From the NCBI GenBank assembly GCA_008632985.1, contig QPGO01000108.1, positions 114,476 through 178,475 of the forward strand: a stretch of 64,000 bases of DNA, read 5' to 3'. A model generated the notes under the pieces. That model was not told where the DNA came from, did no database searches, and saw only the letters and a program-made list of their open reading frames with translations. A program made the position numbers and the translations under genes. Below are positions 48,976 through 61,572 of the stretch, one piece after another. The stretch's first letter is position 1; every line of letters begins with the position of its first letter. This stretch comes from Psammoneis japonica. Its lineage: Eukaryota.

Positions 48976-49836
48976 CTATACAGACGGCTTGGGAAGCGAC
49001 AAGAGTTTGTGTTTCATGCTACCACGAACACCCAACCATACTCCGAAACCAATCGAACCCAACAAAGGAATCCATGAGTAGACGGCAATCTGAAAGGTGC
49101 GCTTCAGTTTCTTCAAAGCCTTGGTGTCATTGACCTTGACATCAGGAAATTCAACACCCTCTGGAATATCAATACACAAGAAGTCACAGAGTGGTTTCCA
49201 TCCCTGCTTGACATTAAACACAAGCAATTGCTCTGTCGCAACATGGTCAATCACGTGCTGATTGTGCCGTGTGTACTGTGTAGCAAGCCATCCCTCTGGC
49301 TTGTTGCGCCACCCATGGGTCAGTTCTCCCCTTTTCAACCCTAAATGTGTCGTTCCCATGAATTGGCGAACACATTGTAAGTCTTGAAAGAGCGGTATCC
49401 AACCGAAAAAGGATGGAAATGTTATTGAAAATCCCTGCTCCGTAATCACCATGGTGTCAAATAAGGTCTTCCAGCTCGCTTCAAACGCATCGGGAGAATC
49501 ACGAACCGTCAGCACAACCTTGGCGTTGGGATACTTTGCTAATATATCCTGATACACATCACTTGTTGGATTCTCAAGAGTGGCATTGTATCCGTCACTG
49601 ACAATCTTGTTGAGAACATTATCCACTTGCGCTTCACCGCGAGAATGCCGAGCCCACAAATTGGCGTGTGAAAAGTCGACGTAGTGATAGGGCTTGTATC
49701 CAAGAATTGACAGTGCTTCCGTTAGACTAAGGGTCCCAGTACGACCCATACCCGCGCATATCACTTGAATGCCAGTCGGCGCTGTGCCGTCGGTCTCATA
49801 ATCATTGGCCATTGTCATGGTTGCTTTTGTGTTCAT
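48976..49836 (-). CDS. Sulfotransferase-like P-loop protein (Sulfotransfer_4 type) with C-terminal TM helix
   Basis: VICAGMGRTGTLSL..AL..LGY..YH, YPNAKVVLTVRD, LLVFNVKQGWKPLCDFL, FP.VN. Confidence 0.9.
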   Translation of the reverse strand: MNTKATMTMANDYETDGTAPTGIQVICAGMGRTGTLSLTEALSILGYKPYHYVDFSHANLWARHSRGEAQVDNVLNKIVSDGYNATLENPTSDVYQDILAKYPNAKVVLTVRDSPDAFEASWKTLFDTMVITEQGFSITFPSFFGWIPLFQDLQCVRQFMGTTHLGLKRGELTHGWRNKPEGWLATQYTRHNQHVIDHVATEQLLVFNVKQGWKPLCDFLCIDIPEGVEFPDVKVNDTKALKKLKRTFQIAVYSWIPLLGSIGFGVWLGVRGSMKHKLLSLPKPSV

Positions 49837-50065
49837 TTTTTTTGTGCATGGAAAAATGCGAGTTTTTTCGAGCAATAAAAAAAGACCCGTGAAACGCTGC
49901 TTGGAGGTTGCGCGGTTGGGGCATAGGCTCTTGAGCCTATGGTTGGGGGGAGTTAGGCTACAACATCGAGACACTCTACTAGCTAGTAGAGTAAATATCG
50001 TTAATTTTAAACCGCATTATCAACAAGTTACACCTGAATAGCCCACGGCAATGCCAAACAAACGT

Positions 50066-53000
50066 TTACCTGTAGTTGGGTGGAGGAGGCATCCCCGCTT
50101 GTCTCGGTGGCGGCGGATGATGACCGTGACCTGGTGCCGGAGGAGGCCCAGGCGGAGGTGGCGCACCATAGCCACCCGGTGCAGGTGGCGGTGGAGCGCC
50201 GTATCCGCCGCCTGGAGGCGGGGGGCCAGCAGGAGGAGGAGCACCATGACCAGGTGCAGGAGGCGGAGGAGCATTGTATTGACCATGTCTCGGGGGTGCA
50301 CTGTGTGGCGCCGGAGGCGGGGCGCTCTGCCCAGGAGGAGGAGGGCCAGGTGGCGGAGGGCCTCCACCACCGTAAGCACCAGGAGGAGGAGGACCACCGG
50401 GCGGCGGCGCAGCATGCCCACCGGGTGGAGGTGGCATACCTCGTGCTGCAGGTGCTGGTGGCGGAGGGCCTGCACCACCGTAAGCACCAGGAGGACCACC
50501 GGGCGGCGGCGCACCGTGTCCACCCGGTGGAGGTGGCATACCCCGTGCTGCAGGTGGTGGCATTCCTTGTCCAGCCATGCCAGGTGGCCCTTGTGGTGCC
50601 GACACAGCAGGATTATTAACAAAATCCATAAATTCGGTGTAATTGTAGGTACCGCCCTGGAATGACGCTCTGTCTTCAACCATGTGCCAGAAGAAACGAG
50701 CCTCTGTATGTGCGTCGCCTTCTCGAACAATCGTAACCTTCGCAGCGATTTCAAATGGATCCGCCTCATCTTGGCGTAGTGCCTCGATAATGGCACCGAG
50801 ACGGGAGGCAAAGTCATCGCCTGTAGTGCTCAAGGTCACCTGTGATCAACACACGAGTTTTCAAACCAGAAGTGAGAACGAGTCGACGAAGCACAGCGAT
50901 AGAGTGGCGCAAAAGCAGTACAAAAGCGTACCTGATTCATATCCACATTTTCAAGCGAGTCAATGCCAAACAAAGCCGTCAGAAGCGTCGGATGAGCGGA
51001 CCGCCCAACCCAAAGCTGCATTTCCACCCCATTGTCTAGCAGGAAAATCCCATCGCTTGTAAGTTGATCGACACTGAGGCCTTTTACCTCAGGCAACAGA
51101 ATGCGATCACGTCCAGCAACCCCGTCATCGCCTTGGCCGTCATCTCCCGGTGTTTCTTCCGAGGGGCGTCCGACCGCGTCATCCATGTCATGAATGGAAA
51201 AGAGGCGCGGATAAATAAAACGCGTCGAGTCTGTAACCCACATGTTTGTGAGTAAATGCCGCGCCTGAACTCGCTCGTCGGGGTGCACGTCGGTGCCTCC
51301 ACGAAACGCTACATTCTTCATCATTGCAAGAGTGTAAAGCGGGAGGAGCTTAAGATTTTCTGGCATTTCCTCCTTGCTTTCTTCGCCGCCTTGCTGACCT
51401 CCGGGAGGAGGTGGGGCGGCATATCCAGAGACCGTTCGCTTATCCCCAGCTTTCGAGGATCGCACCATGTCGACACAAGTTTGTTGAATTCGCATGCGGG
51501 CGCTGTCCATGTTTGTTTTAATCGTAGCTTCGAGAGCCTGCTTGGCAAGCAAACTGCAAAGTGCTTCTGTATCGACAGTGCTAAACAACTCAGTGGACCT
51601 TGAACATATCGGAAGAGCCTGCGTCATGACGCGAATTCGACGCTCGCCCTCGCTGCTTGTGTAAAGCAATGCCGCCTGGATTGTAACCACGGAAGCGTTA
51701 AGATTTTGCTCATCGTGCACCAAGTCAAAACCAAAGACGGAATCCGAGTTGCAGTTGGGCAGAGCTAACAAGTCAGTGCCTCTGATGAAAAAGTTGCCAT
51801 AAAAGTTGGTAATGCGCATACCCTTGGTGCAACGGATACGCATCACAGCCTCGAAAGCTGTGTGCTGCGTCAAACGCTTTGTAAGCTCACTTTCAAAGCG
51901 GGGACCGTCTCGTGTGGGATTGAAACTCACGTACGAGTGCAGTTTGCCGGCCGTGTACTTGGGAAGATCGCCAAGAGCAGCCAGATCCATATACTGGTAC
52001 GGAAACAGAAACATGTCAACACTAATCTGTTGACGGCTGAACTCAACGGCGGTGTCCTTGTACCAATTGATGGCGGGGCGTAGTAGCTTGACCTCATTCG
52101 GAGTACCCATAATTTGAGGATTCTCTCTTGGCCTCAACGAGCCATCATTCATGTTGGGCATCAAGGATTGAAACACGCACATTTTACCACCAACCTGCTT
52201 GAGAACCGTAAATGCCGCCTTCAACGCCGGTCCCAGACATGACTGATTCGGGACTGGATTCTTCGCAAACATTTCAGGAAGGTTATCCAAAAATGCTTCC
52301 ACGACATTGCGCGAGTCCTTCAGATTCACAAGCAAGTGATCGGGTGCGGGCACAAAGAGCTCCTTCAAATCGGCAACCACCATCATCTTGGGATTGGTAA
52401 GGTCCGGCGCCAGATTGTAGTAGTGAACCGAGTTGTCATACGTGATGAATCCGATCTTGGTCCGCGTCCTACCCGGAAGGTTGTCTAGACTTGTCTTGAT
52501 GGCGTTGGCCGCGGACTGAAGCATGCCGCTACGCACCGCCTGTTGACTGACATCGAGCACGAAGAAGTACGAAGGTTCTTGGGGAGGACGGACCATGTAC
52601 TCTGCAGGAGCAATGAATTCCACGACCGCCTTATGGAGCTCTGGGCGCTGCATCTTGTCCCTGCGCACACCTTTCTCATCCAAATGACAAAAGAAAGCGG
52701 ATGGGACATCGTTTAGCTGAGCGCAGATATTACACCGCCATCTGCGCCCATTGTCAAGCCAAGACACAAACGGATTGATATACGTGCGACACCTTTTGCA
52801 ACGAATGATTCCAGCATTCCCCGGTTGGATCGTGTCGGTTTCTTCGCCGGGTAGGTCGGGAGCGAGCGGACGAAGGACAGCACCGAGTGGGACTTTGGAA
52901 GACACTGCCAAGGACGATGAGTTTGGAATCTTCCCAGCCGTCAAGCGGAAGAATCGATCGGGTATCTGTATAGAAAAGTCAACATTCTCCTGAAATACGG

Positions 53001-53883
53001 GCTGGGCCTGTCCAGGCATGGTTCCAGCTGCCGGGCCAGGCGCGGCACGATTCATCTGTCCCTGCTGCGGACCAGCCTGATAAAACTGGGCCGAGGCCGG
53101 TTTCGGCTTTCCCTGCTGAAACTCTAAAAACCCAGACTGTTTCGGCTGCTGCGGCGGCTGTGGTGCCGCTGGAGGAGGCTGAAACTGCTGGGGTTGCATC
53201 GCTGGAGGAGGAGGTTGTTGAAACTGTTGCACATTATTGGCAGGCGGAGGAGGAACTCCAGGCGGCGGCTGAAACTGCGCCGACTGCGATGGTGCAGGTG
53301 GGGGAGGCGCTCCACCTCCAGGCGGCTGAAACTGCGCCGGCTGAGATGGGGCAGGTGGAGGAGGCGCTCCACCTCCAGGCGGCTGAAACATAGCTGGAGG
53401 GGCTCCAGGAGCCATTGGCTGAGGAGGAGCAGCCGCACTGCAAGGTAAGAAAAAAGCGAAGAAGAAAATGTGAGAAGAAACAGCTCAAATTATTATCGTG
53501 ACCGGGAGTGAATAAGTAAATAAACGAATTTCCCTATTCCAGTGTCATAAGATACGAATGCAGCGGCGAACTACTCACAATGGCGCTGGTGCCGGCGCTG
53601 GTGGAGGAGGCCCCGGCGGCGGAGGCGGTCCTCCCGTTTGCATCGACATGGCTCCCATCTGTGTGGTGATTTGATTCATCCCGGGTCCCGGCGGCGGAGG
53701 CGCATGATAACCTCCAGAGCCCGGCGGAGTCGGACCAGATCCTGGCGGCGGAGGAAAACCACCTGCACTACCACTTCCGGCTGCGGGAGCGGGAGGAGGA
53801 GGGAATTGTCCTGCCGGTGGCGGAGGAGCTCCACCGGGAGGAGGTGGAAAACGAGATTGCGGTTGTCCGGGGTAGCCGCTCAT
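50066..53883 (-). CDS. SEC24: COPII coat subunit Sec24, 3 exons
   Basis: Zn finger RCKRCRTYINPF..WRCNIC, EYMVRPP, FFVLDVS, FEAVMRIRC, QAALLYT..GERRIRV, gelsolin repeat; introns 53438-53578 and 50840-50931. Confidence 0.96.
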
Positions 53884-54401
53884 TGTCTTTTTGTGTCGGC
53901 AATGGCGACCGCAACGGGATGAAAGCCGGCGAACCACGTGGATGGATCTTATGCAATGACTTTTGCGTAGAATTGTACGTATTCCTTACGAGAGCGCGCA
54001 AAGATTATGTGCGCGCGATTTCGACCCTCCCATCAGGGCGAAGGAAGGACGCCGCGCGCATCAGCCTTGCTTGTCGCGCGTGCCGCTTTTTCGCTCGATC
54101 CTCGATCTTCTGCATGGAATTCAAAATGGCGGTTGATGGGAATTGTGGAATAATTCTTTGGACTGTGGACATAAAACTTCATCGTACTGGAGAACACAAA
54201 CCTGAAGATTGATGGAACTATCAGGCCCGTGGCTTGACGTGTCTATTCACATGTTTTTGCTTTTGACGTACAAACACAGAAATGCTTGCATGCATGCTTG
54301 CATGCGTGTCTGACAAAGGACCCACGACTCGAATGAAAGGCACGTTGCATTCGCCGAGTGACATTATTCTTTTCCCTCTAGCCGCTTCCGGAGAAAATTC
54401 A

Positions 54402-55247
54402 ATGAAGTTGCTCAGTGGTCTCAAGGCTCTGCGTCTGGCAAACGGCCAGGTGCTCAACGATGCGTATGTCGTTGAAGATTTTGTAGAGGATCAACTTGGA
54501 TTGGATTCTAGGAAAATTTGGGACGACCTATTGGCCATTGACAAGGAACCCGTGTTGTCCGACCAGTCATGTCACTTTCCAGAGATAGAACACTTGCCCT
54601 TCAAGGCTCGTCTCATTCCAGGAACCCATCATGCACTCAAGTATCGAGGCAACGCGGCTACTCGGGACAAGACATGGTTTCAGACCAACATTGAGGACGG
54701 CTACCTCAAATACTGGTACACGGGCTGGCAGCACATGATTTCCGCGGCACAGTGCGACGTTACGGCAATGCCCAGGTCGACCCAGGATCTCATGGATGGC
54801 ATCAATAATCTACTTCCAGAGGACGAAAAAATGAACCATGGTATCTTTACAAAGTACAAGGATGGAAACGATTGCATCGGTGCGCATTCGGACAAGTTGC
54901 AATCCTTTGCCGACAAGAGCTGGTTTATTGTGATCAAGCTGGGAGCTTCTAGGTACTTTGAGTTTACAGATCTTGATGGAGTTAGAATCTATCACGAAAA
55001 ACTCAAAGCTGGTACAGCCGTTATCGTCAAGAGCGACACGGCAAACACATTCACAAAACATGCGGTTCCTCCCATGAAAGGGCTGACAGAAGCATCCGGT
55101 AGCATTGTCTTTCGACGCATCAGTCAAGTGGTCCCCTGGAGTGAACAACTGGATAATGTGAAAAAGGCTCGACGAGAAAAACTAAAGAAGCGAAAAGAGA
55201 AGGAGGAAGAGGAGCAAGAAAAGGCTAGTAAGCGCCAACGGGTTTGA
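54402..55247 (+). CDS. AlkB-like 2OG-Fe(II) dioxygenase
   Basis: Y.DGNDCIGAHSD (HxD), LGASR.F.F, KHAVP, SIVFR; basic C-terminal NLS-like tail. Start codon uncertain. Confidence 0.85.
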   Translation: MKLLSGLKALRLANGQVLNDAYVVEDFVEDQLGLDSRKIWDDLLAIDKEPVLSDQSCHFPEIEHLPFKARLIPGTHHALKYRGNAATRDKTWFQTNIEDGYLKYWYTGWQHMISAAQCDVTAMPRSTQDLMDGINNLLPEDEKMNHGIFTKYKDGNDCIGAHSDKLQSFADKSWFIVIKLGASRYFEFTDLDGVRIYHEKLKAGTAVIVKSDTANTFTKHAVPPMKGLTEASGSIVFRRISQVVPWSEQLDNVKKARREKLKKRKEKEEEEQEKASKRQRV

Positions 55248-56706
55248 TTCGCTTCCACTCTATTCACAGAAAGCGTTTTTGAAATTCTCTAGACTGTTTG
55301 TAACCTGATTGATGAAACACGTAGCAAAATGATCTGGTAAGGTAGATAGATACCTGTAGAGCTCTTTCTCCGCATGAGGTCATTCTTTCGTAGGCAACTA
55401 TTCGATGCACGAAACGAAGGATAGAGTAGGCTCGAACAAGCTACTTGCAGAGAGAGGTTCGGCCAGAGGGAATTGGGATTTGTGAAATGTGACTCGGCAA
55501 ATACGGCATTGGACGAATCAACAAATAACGATGAAGAGTATATTCATGGCTGACAGATGTGATCTCAACAACCAATGCTCCTAAGATTTGAACAGTGAGT
55601 GAAGGACGCGGAAAAAAGAGACGATGAATAAACTTATCAAACCCCTGTTACTTAAAAAAGATAGTTCGGTCTCATGAGTAGACCTAGCAAGAGTAAGGAG
55701 AGTGATGCAACGAAAGCTTTACGATGAACATCTCGTGATTTCTTCAAAAAGTCCGATGATTATGTGGCCAAGGCTACCGATTTTCCGCTAGCTTGAGACC
55801 ACTGTACAGCGAAAAAAAGGAAAAGAATCAATGCAGATTAGTCGTCCTCGTGTATCATGACAGGTTGTACTGTACGTCTAGCGCCTCACAATCATTTCTA
55901 TGCGAGTGAATACTCACTTTCTCAAGTTTCTCGAGCATTGCTTCTGGTGGCACCGTCCCATCGGTTTTCACAACTACTTTCTTGGCTTCCACATCTGTCT
56001 GGACTTCATTTACTCCTGTTACGCAAGGGTATCAAACAAATTGGATTAGGTTCTTCTCTCAAACAGACAGGTCCGCATCCCATTTCACGTCGTGGCTCTT
56101 TGCTTGCGGAGCGAGCATGCTAAAGAACACAGCAGCCATCACACCTACCATCCATTTTTCCGAGTATCCTTTTGACGGCCGAGGCACATCCTTCACTGTT
56201 GAAATTCAGAGAGACAAATCGTGTGAGAAAAAAGGAAAAAGTTCCGGCACTCGCACATCACAAAAAAGATCGCACATACCATGTCATTCCAACATCGAAT
56301 CTAACTTCACTCATGCTTACAAATCAAAACACACGTTTCTTTTGTACACTCCTGTTACAATGCGAGTGATAGACGTCAATCCGATGCACCAATACCTAAC
56401 AAAATCTTGAATCTTGACAAAGACCGATAGATCGACTCTGACAACACTTTGCTCGAAGCCCGGGGGGGCAGGCCTCTCCCCCCCCTCAGCAGGGGTGAGA
56501 AAATGGACGCAACGCATCATGAGCCTTTCTTTGCGGGCAATCGCGCCTCCCCCCCAAGAAAGAGCACAGCATTTACTATTTCAGTACTAGAAAATACGTA
56601 CATTTCTACGTGATCACTTCACGCCAAATTATCACTTCACAGATGAGATGGAGATGGAGATCAGACTGGCTCAGAGATAGAAATTTTTCATGACAATGAT
56701 AATGTA

Positions 56707-57942
56707 ATGGTACGGTGTCTCGTCCTTTCCATGTTCAAAGCATTTTCGTGTTTTGCGTTATCTACGTTCCTTGCAAAGACTACCGAAACGTTCAAGCTTG
56801 CAGATTTACAATTCTTGGAAGCATCGTTGCAACTTCGGTGCAATCGTCTTTTGCTAGATGCAACGACTGGTAGCAACCTGCTAGAGATTGATTCCGACAT
56901 GTTTAGCAAAAAACTTCCATCAAGTATCGAGCGTTTCGATTGGGTTGGAGAGATTTTAGTGCGTGGCGATAATGCTAGAGACCTTCTTGAAAATCTTCGC
57001 TCAGCAGTTGGCATCGACCTCGGCATTCAAGATGGATGGATTTTGGACTATGAACGAATGAAGGACTGCTTGTCAGATGATACGATTACTGCCAAAAATC
57101 AGTACACATCGAAGACTCTTCTCTGCTCCCTTTCACAACTTTTCCCAAGTTGTCCCGCATTAGACCCAACAGAAGCCACGGAAAGGTTGCTAGTGGTTGA
57201 CACTGGAAAACGATTGTTCCTTACACGCATAATATATGAATCGAAAAAGGCTCCGTCCAAAACGTCTTCTGAGTCTTTCAATAAGATATGGGCCCGTCGC
57301 CCTTTTCAATATAGCTCCGCAATAAACCCTACGGTTGCAGCGATCGCCATTGACATTCTCTTGCATTTGGTAAACAAACGAGATGATGGCAGCAACCCGA
57401 CGCTTTCTCTCTTGGACCCAACTTGCGGTAGCGGCACCTTTCTGGCTTTGGCGCTGTCTCGAGGACTACAAGCACACGGTTGGGATATCAACTCGCACTG
57501 TGTTGAAGGTTCGTTGCGCAATGTGCAGCATGTCTTTGGCAGTGAAAGCCTCGACGGTCGATGCAGAATTGAAAAGCGCGACGCAACAACAGAGTTCCAG
57601 CGTAGTGGTCGGCTACCCCATGACTGCGTTGTCGCAAACCTTCCTTGGGGACAAAACACAATCAGTTATGTCAATGAAAATGAGCAGATCCTTCAGTGCT
57701 TGGCGTTATCACTCCGTTCTGGGACACCTTGTGCCTTTGTCAGCAAGGATGACGAAGTTGAGTCACACTTGAGGCGCCTTGGGTTCAACATTCTTGGGAC
57801 AGCAAGGGTTCCACAAGAAAACTACAAGGTCCCAAAAGGCAAAAAGGTGAAAGAGAAAAGCAAAAACACAAGCTCAAATACAATCAATGTGAATAAAGGA
57901 AGCAAGAACTGTGTTATAACCGTGGCTCTTTCGCCACTTTAA
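56707..57942 (+). CDS. SAM-dependent methyltransferase (RNA methylase UPF0020/Trm11-like)
   Basis: RPF..SSAINP..A, LLDPTCGSGTFL, GWDIN, VANLPWG. Confidence 0.85.
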   Translation: MVRCLVLSMFKAFSCFALSTFLAKTTETFKLADLQFLEASLQLRCNRLLLDATTGSNLLEIDSDMFSKKLPSSIERFDWVGEILVRGDNARDLLENLRSAVGIDLGIQDGWILDYERMKDCLSDDTITAKNQYTSKTLLCSLSQLFPSCPALDPTEATERLLVVDTGKRLFLTRIIYESKKAPSKTSSESFNKIWARRPFQYSSAINPTVAAIAIDILLHLVNKRDDGSNPTLSLLDPTCGSGTFLALALSRGLQAHGWDINSHCVEGSLRNVQHVFGSESLDGRCRIEKRDATTEFQRSGRLPHDCVVANLPWGQNTISYVNENEQILQCLALSLRSGTPCAFVSKDDEVESHLRRLGFNILGTARVPQENYKVPKGKKVKEKSKNTSSNTINVNKGSKNCVITVALSPL

Positions 57943-58058
57943 TCTTTTTGCAATTCGTTCTTGGCATGCTGTAAATCATTTTGTAGGAGGTAGAATCATG
58001 TCTACATTTTCCAACCATTCTGGTGATATGATGAATTGAAGAAAGAAGCGATGCAAAA

Positions 58059-58205
58059 AGACTTGGAAGACCCAGGTCAACGCATCTACATACGTCAACC
58101 TAGGTCTTCCAAGTCTCTATCCACTCGAACCCGGGCCAGGTCTCTCGCTTGCGTCTACAGTGCACTCTAGAGGCGGGGCCCCAGGAGCCTGGCCCGGGTT
58201 CGAGT
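58059..58205. repeat. Two adjacent inverted repeats (hairpins)
   Basis: AGACTTGGAAGACC..GGTCTTCCAAGTCT (58059-58116) and ACTCGAACCCGGGCCAGG..CCTGGCCCGGGTTCGAGT (58123-58205). Confidence 0.9.
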
Positions 58206-58768
58206 AGATGACAGTGTTGATAGTTTTAAAACATATAAAGCCTGACAAGCTAGCATCCTTCTCCCGAAAACCTGAAATCCCTCGAACCAAGCGTGTCTCA
58301 TCCGTGTCGAGTGAGTATGGCAGATACTCAATTTCTTATATCAATGATCTATCAGTCGCTGCTTTGTTCTATGGTGGGCTTCGTATTTCAGCGTTTTGTT
58401 CCGAATAATCTTTTTGTGATAGGGAGGGGGGGGGGGGGTTAAGTTGTGAGCCCAACCGTACAGTAGTGGTTGCACGAGGGATATGCCTGTGGGTAACATG
58501 CACTTGCGCGCAACTTGCTTCTGTGCGAGCAAGTACATTGAAGCTGAAGGTGACAGGAGATGGTACATGTTGTAGGATTCAATGTTCTCAAGCCGAAGCG
58601 AAGATGAAGTTAGCTCACGACAAGGCAGAACCATAGCATCACGACGAGTAAAGGGGTAGAGATTATGGAATCGATGACAACAGAGGAACAGCTCGTTGAC
58701 GTTAAGGAAGACCTGAAGTATGCTACATTGTTCAAAGTTATGGCTGTGTGGCCATCAATAGAAGGTTC

Positions 58769-59877
58769 TCAATAAGGGAGGAGTTGCTTTGGCTCATCCC
58801 ACTCGAGAACGCCCGCAACATCACCAGAACGAAGCCATTCCCATCGCTCCCAAAGGATGGCGTCGGGCCCACCAAACATGCATTCCATTCTATCTGGTGT
58901 GAATCGAAATGCCTTGCATCAAGACGGAGATAAAGTGTCAGATGGTTTGGTGGCAGGTCATGCAGCACGCACAATCATACCGTAGACTGACTTACCTGAA
59001 TACTTTCGTCCATCTCCTCGTTTGAGATGTCTCCATTTTCCAGCTCGATTCGGACCTTTTGAGTCACCTCTGTGAAATGGCTCTTTCTTGCTAGGAGAAG
59101 CCGATGCTTACATAATTGATCAACAGGGGAAAAAGTTAGAGTTCCGTTTGCTAGAAAAGGTAGACGTGAATCGAATGTGCGCCTTTCGCAGCATTGAAGA
59201 CTTACATCAGACACTCCATCGCCCCTGTAGCCTTTTTCTCGCTCTTCTTTTTCCAGTCGTGTTGTAGCAATCATTCCACTTAGCGTGTAATGAGGGACCT
59301 TATCTAGGATTTCCGACAGCGAGAGTGCTTCACATTGGCCTTCCGCTCGCCACTGCTGTGCTTTTTCTCCAACCTGATAGTGGCCTTTTAGGTACAAAAA
59401 CGAGACGGGAGATCCGTCATTTTCATCAAGGGCGTTGGCCAAGCTACCTTTACTCTTGGTGACAAAGTCAACCCCATCAGGAGCAATGCGTTGCAACCCG
59501 ACTGTCCGCAGATCAGGCGGCTGGATCGCAGTGATGTGAACATTCGTCGAAACATGAGATCAAATCCGGAGTAATACAAACACAAAAAAGCACAGTATTC
59601 ATACCGTATTTTCTTCCTTTGAACCAACAGCAAGCGAGAATACCCAATGAACACCTGGACGACGAAAGCCCTTATCATCACACAGGTTGCGATCGATCGA
59701 TTCTTTCTTCATGACGGCAAGCGGATCCGCTCCCGGAGATGCATGCCTCGCCAAACCTCGCTTTTGACCATAACAAAGCTTCTTTGCAACGGGGACTTGT
59801 CGTCTTGATGCTCGAGCTAGAACATTGCTTACAAGCATCCTTGGCATAACGCGACGGGAGGATAACAACAACATCAT
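58769..59877 (-). CDS. Pyridoxamine 5'-phosphate oxidase-like FMN-binding protein with mitochondrial-type leader, multi-exon
   Basis: PDLRTVGLQRI..GVDFVT, QWRAEG, and last exon AFRFTPDRMECMLGG..ERWEW..W..LLPY*; intron 58913-58995; two further introns are inferred near 59530-59605 and 59120-59215, boundaries not fixed. Confidence 0.65.
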
Positions 59878-60326
59878 GGTGATGGTTTCGAAGTTAGAAT
59901 GACAAGAATCCAGAAAAAATACGCACGGACGATCTTTTGACGCGCGTTTCTGCGCTCTGCGCGCTCGTCGATGACCGGGCTTATTCCCGCCCGATTGACG
60001 ATGCCCGATTCATGGACTTGCAGTGTTCGCAAGTGACAGGCTCTGGAGTAGAAGTACTGTAGCTAGTTTCTCTTAGCCTATGAAACTTGCGCTGTTCGAT
60101 GCAGCAGCTATCGACAGCTATTTTGATTTTCTTGTTTACGTCTCCTTTGACCAAAGCTTCGCCACAATGTAGAGACGTTTGAAAGCAAATTTGAGGTGAC
60201 GAGCTAGGAGGAAAGTGCATCCCAAGCAATAAGGTTCATTCATTGAACACTCTAGTAGATGTTGCGAGAAGAAATATAAAAGAGATGGAAGACAAATACA
60301 AGCTAAAACCCATTCTTTTTAAGTCA

Positions 60327-61010
60327 TTAATGCTTCTTTTGGCATTTTGGATTGCTACTCTTTCTCCATCGTTCATCCAAGCTCTTAATGTCGCACGGAT
60401 ACAGTGGCTTTCCCAGTTTTGTGTTGACTATATTGTGTTGTTCACATAACCACGTACACAATTCTTTTCGTGAAGATGTTCTGTCATTCAAGCAACAACA
60501 AAAAGAGTTAGAAAATACAAAATGACAATTCATGCAAGAACGAAAAAACCGACTCACGGAACGGGCTTTTTTTGCAGATTGTCTTGAAAGTCCGTTGCAC
60601 ACCAGGGACAAGGATAGAATCGTGCAAAGGAGCTGAAAAAGTACTTCATGAGCTTCTGATCGTCCTGACTGGGTTCATCGGGATACCATGCCGCCTAAAA
60701 ATGTGGACGATTTTGGCGTTGAGAGCAAAAGAATCGAGAATCCAAAACTTTTTTTTTAAATCAACAATCGTACCATATTGTGAAGCAAGGTCCAAGATGC
60801 TTTTCCAAGCTCTGAACTCGTTGGAGGACATTGTACCTTTTTGGTTGCTTCCTTTGTACCGTCGTCAGTTTGCTGCACACGAGCCATGGCGGCCGAAAGA
60901 GCGGTCACCGTGTCGTCGCATGCGGGACGATCGCAATCGTCCATGAGATTCGAGTAGCCTTTTGGCAAGGCCGATGGATTCTTCGACTTTTGATCATCCG
61001 ATTTCGCCAT
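60327..61010 (-). CDS. ERV1: Erv1/ALR FAD-linked sulfhydryl oxidase, 3 exons
   Basis: CPP...ELG..SW.LLH.MAAWYP, YPCPWCA, WLCEQHN.VN.KLGKP..C; introns 60695-60773 and 60481-60557. Confidence 0.93.
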
Positions 61011-61572
61011 TATGGGCGGAGAACGATTAATGTTGCAGATGTTTAGTTTGTAGTTTGAAAAGAGAGGTCTTCGACTATTGCAGATTTTTCTTTGAAACAG
61101 GAAATGAAGCGCCTCGCAAATCAAAATGCTTTTCTTGTGGCGCCAAACCATTCGCGCAAAATTCGCGCGAAAACGCTTCCCCTTCTCGCTTACTTATCTC
61201 GCGTTGATTCCGCGTTCAAACTTCCAACGTGTTGAAAGTGTGTGGAGTGTAAATGCCACCTTGAACCTATCGTGGCTGCTGTGAGTTGCGACAATAATGA
61301 GGCACTTAAGAATGGATCGTTGTCCTGGTAGAACGATTGAGCAGTCAAAAGAGAGTTTTTATAAAAGTGCCGGTAGGGTGGTAGCCTGCCGTGGGATTGC
61401 GTTTCGTTGTGTAGTGGGCTCGAGCTATATCCCAGACACCCTTGCACCTGTTGTCGGCTGCGGAAATACGGCCGAAGCAATCGCGACATAAGGAACCCAT
61501 GCATGCATTGTTGCTTTACCAATGAAGACTGACTTTGTTGGATCATACCATACCAGCGTGTCGTACTTGATT

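Noticed and set aside
50020..50817. Arg-rich or Glu-rich ORFs overlapping the Sec24 3' end (also at 53100-53950)
   Set aside because: They are shadow frames of Pro/Gly low-complexity coding sequence.
56455..56560. G/C-run hairpin as a structured RNA gene
   Set aside because: Only short homopolymer complementarity; no recognisable RNA family motif.
58123..58205. tRNA gene, suggested by the GGTTCGAG B-box-like sequence
   Set aside because: No cloverleaf or A-box; the motif is part of an 18-bp terminal inverted repeat.
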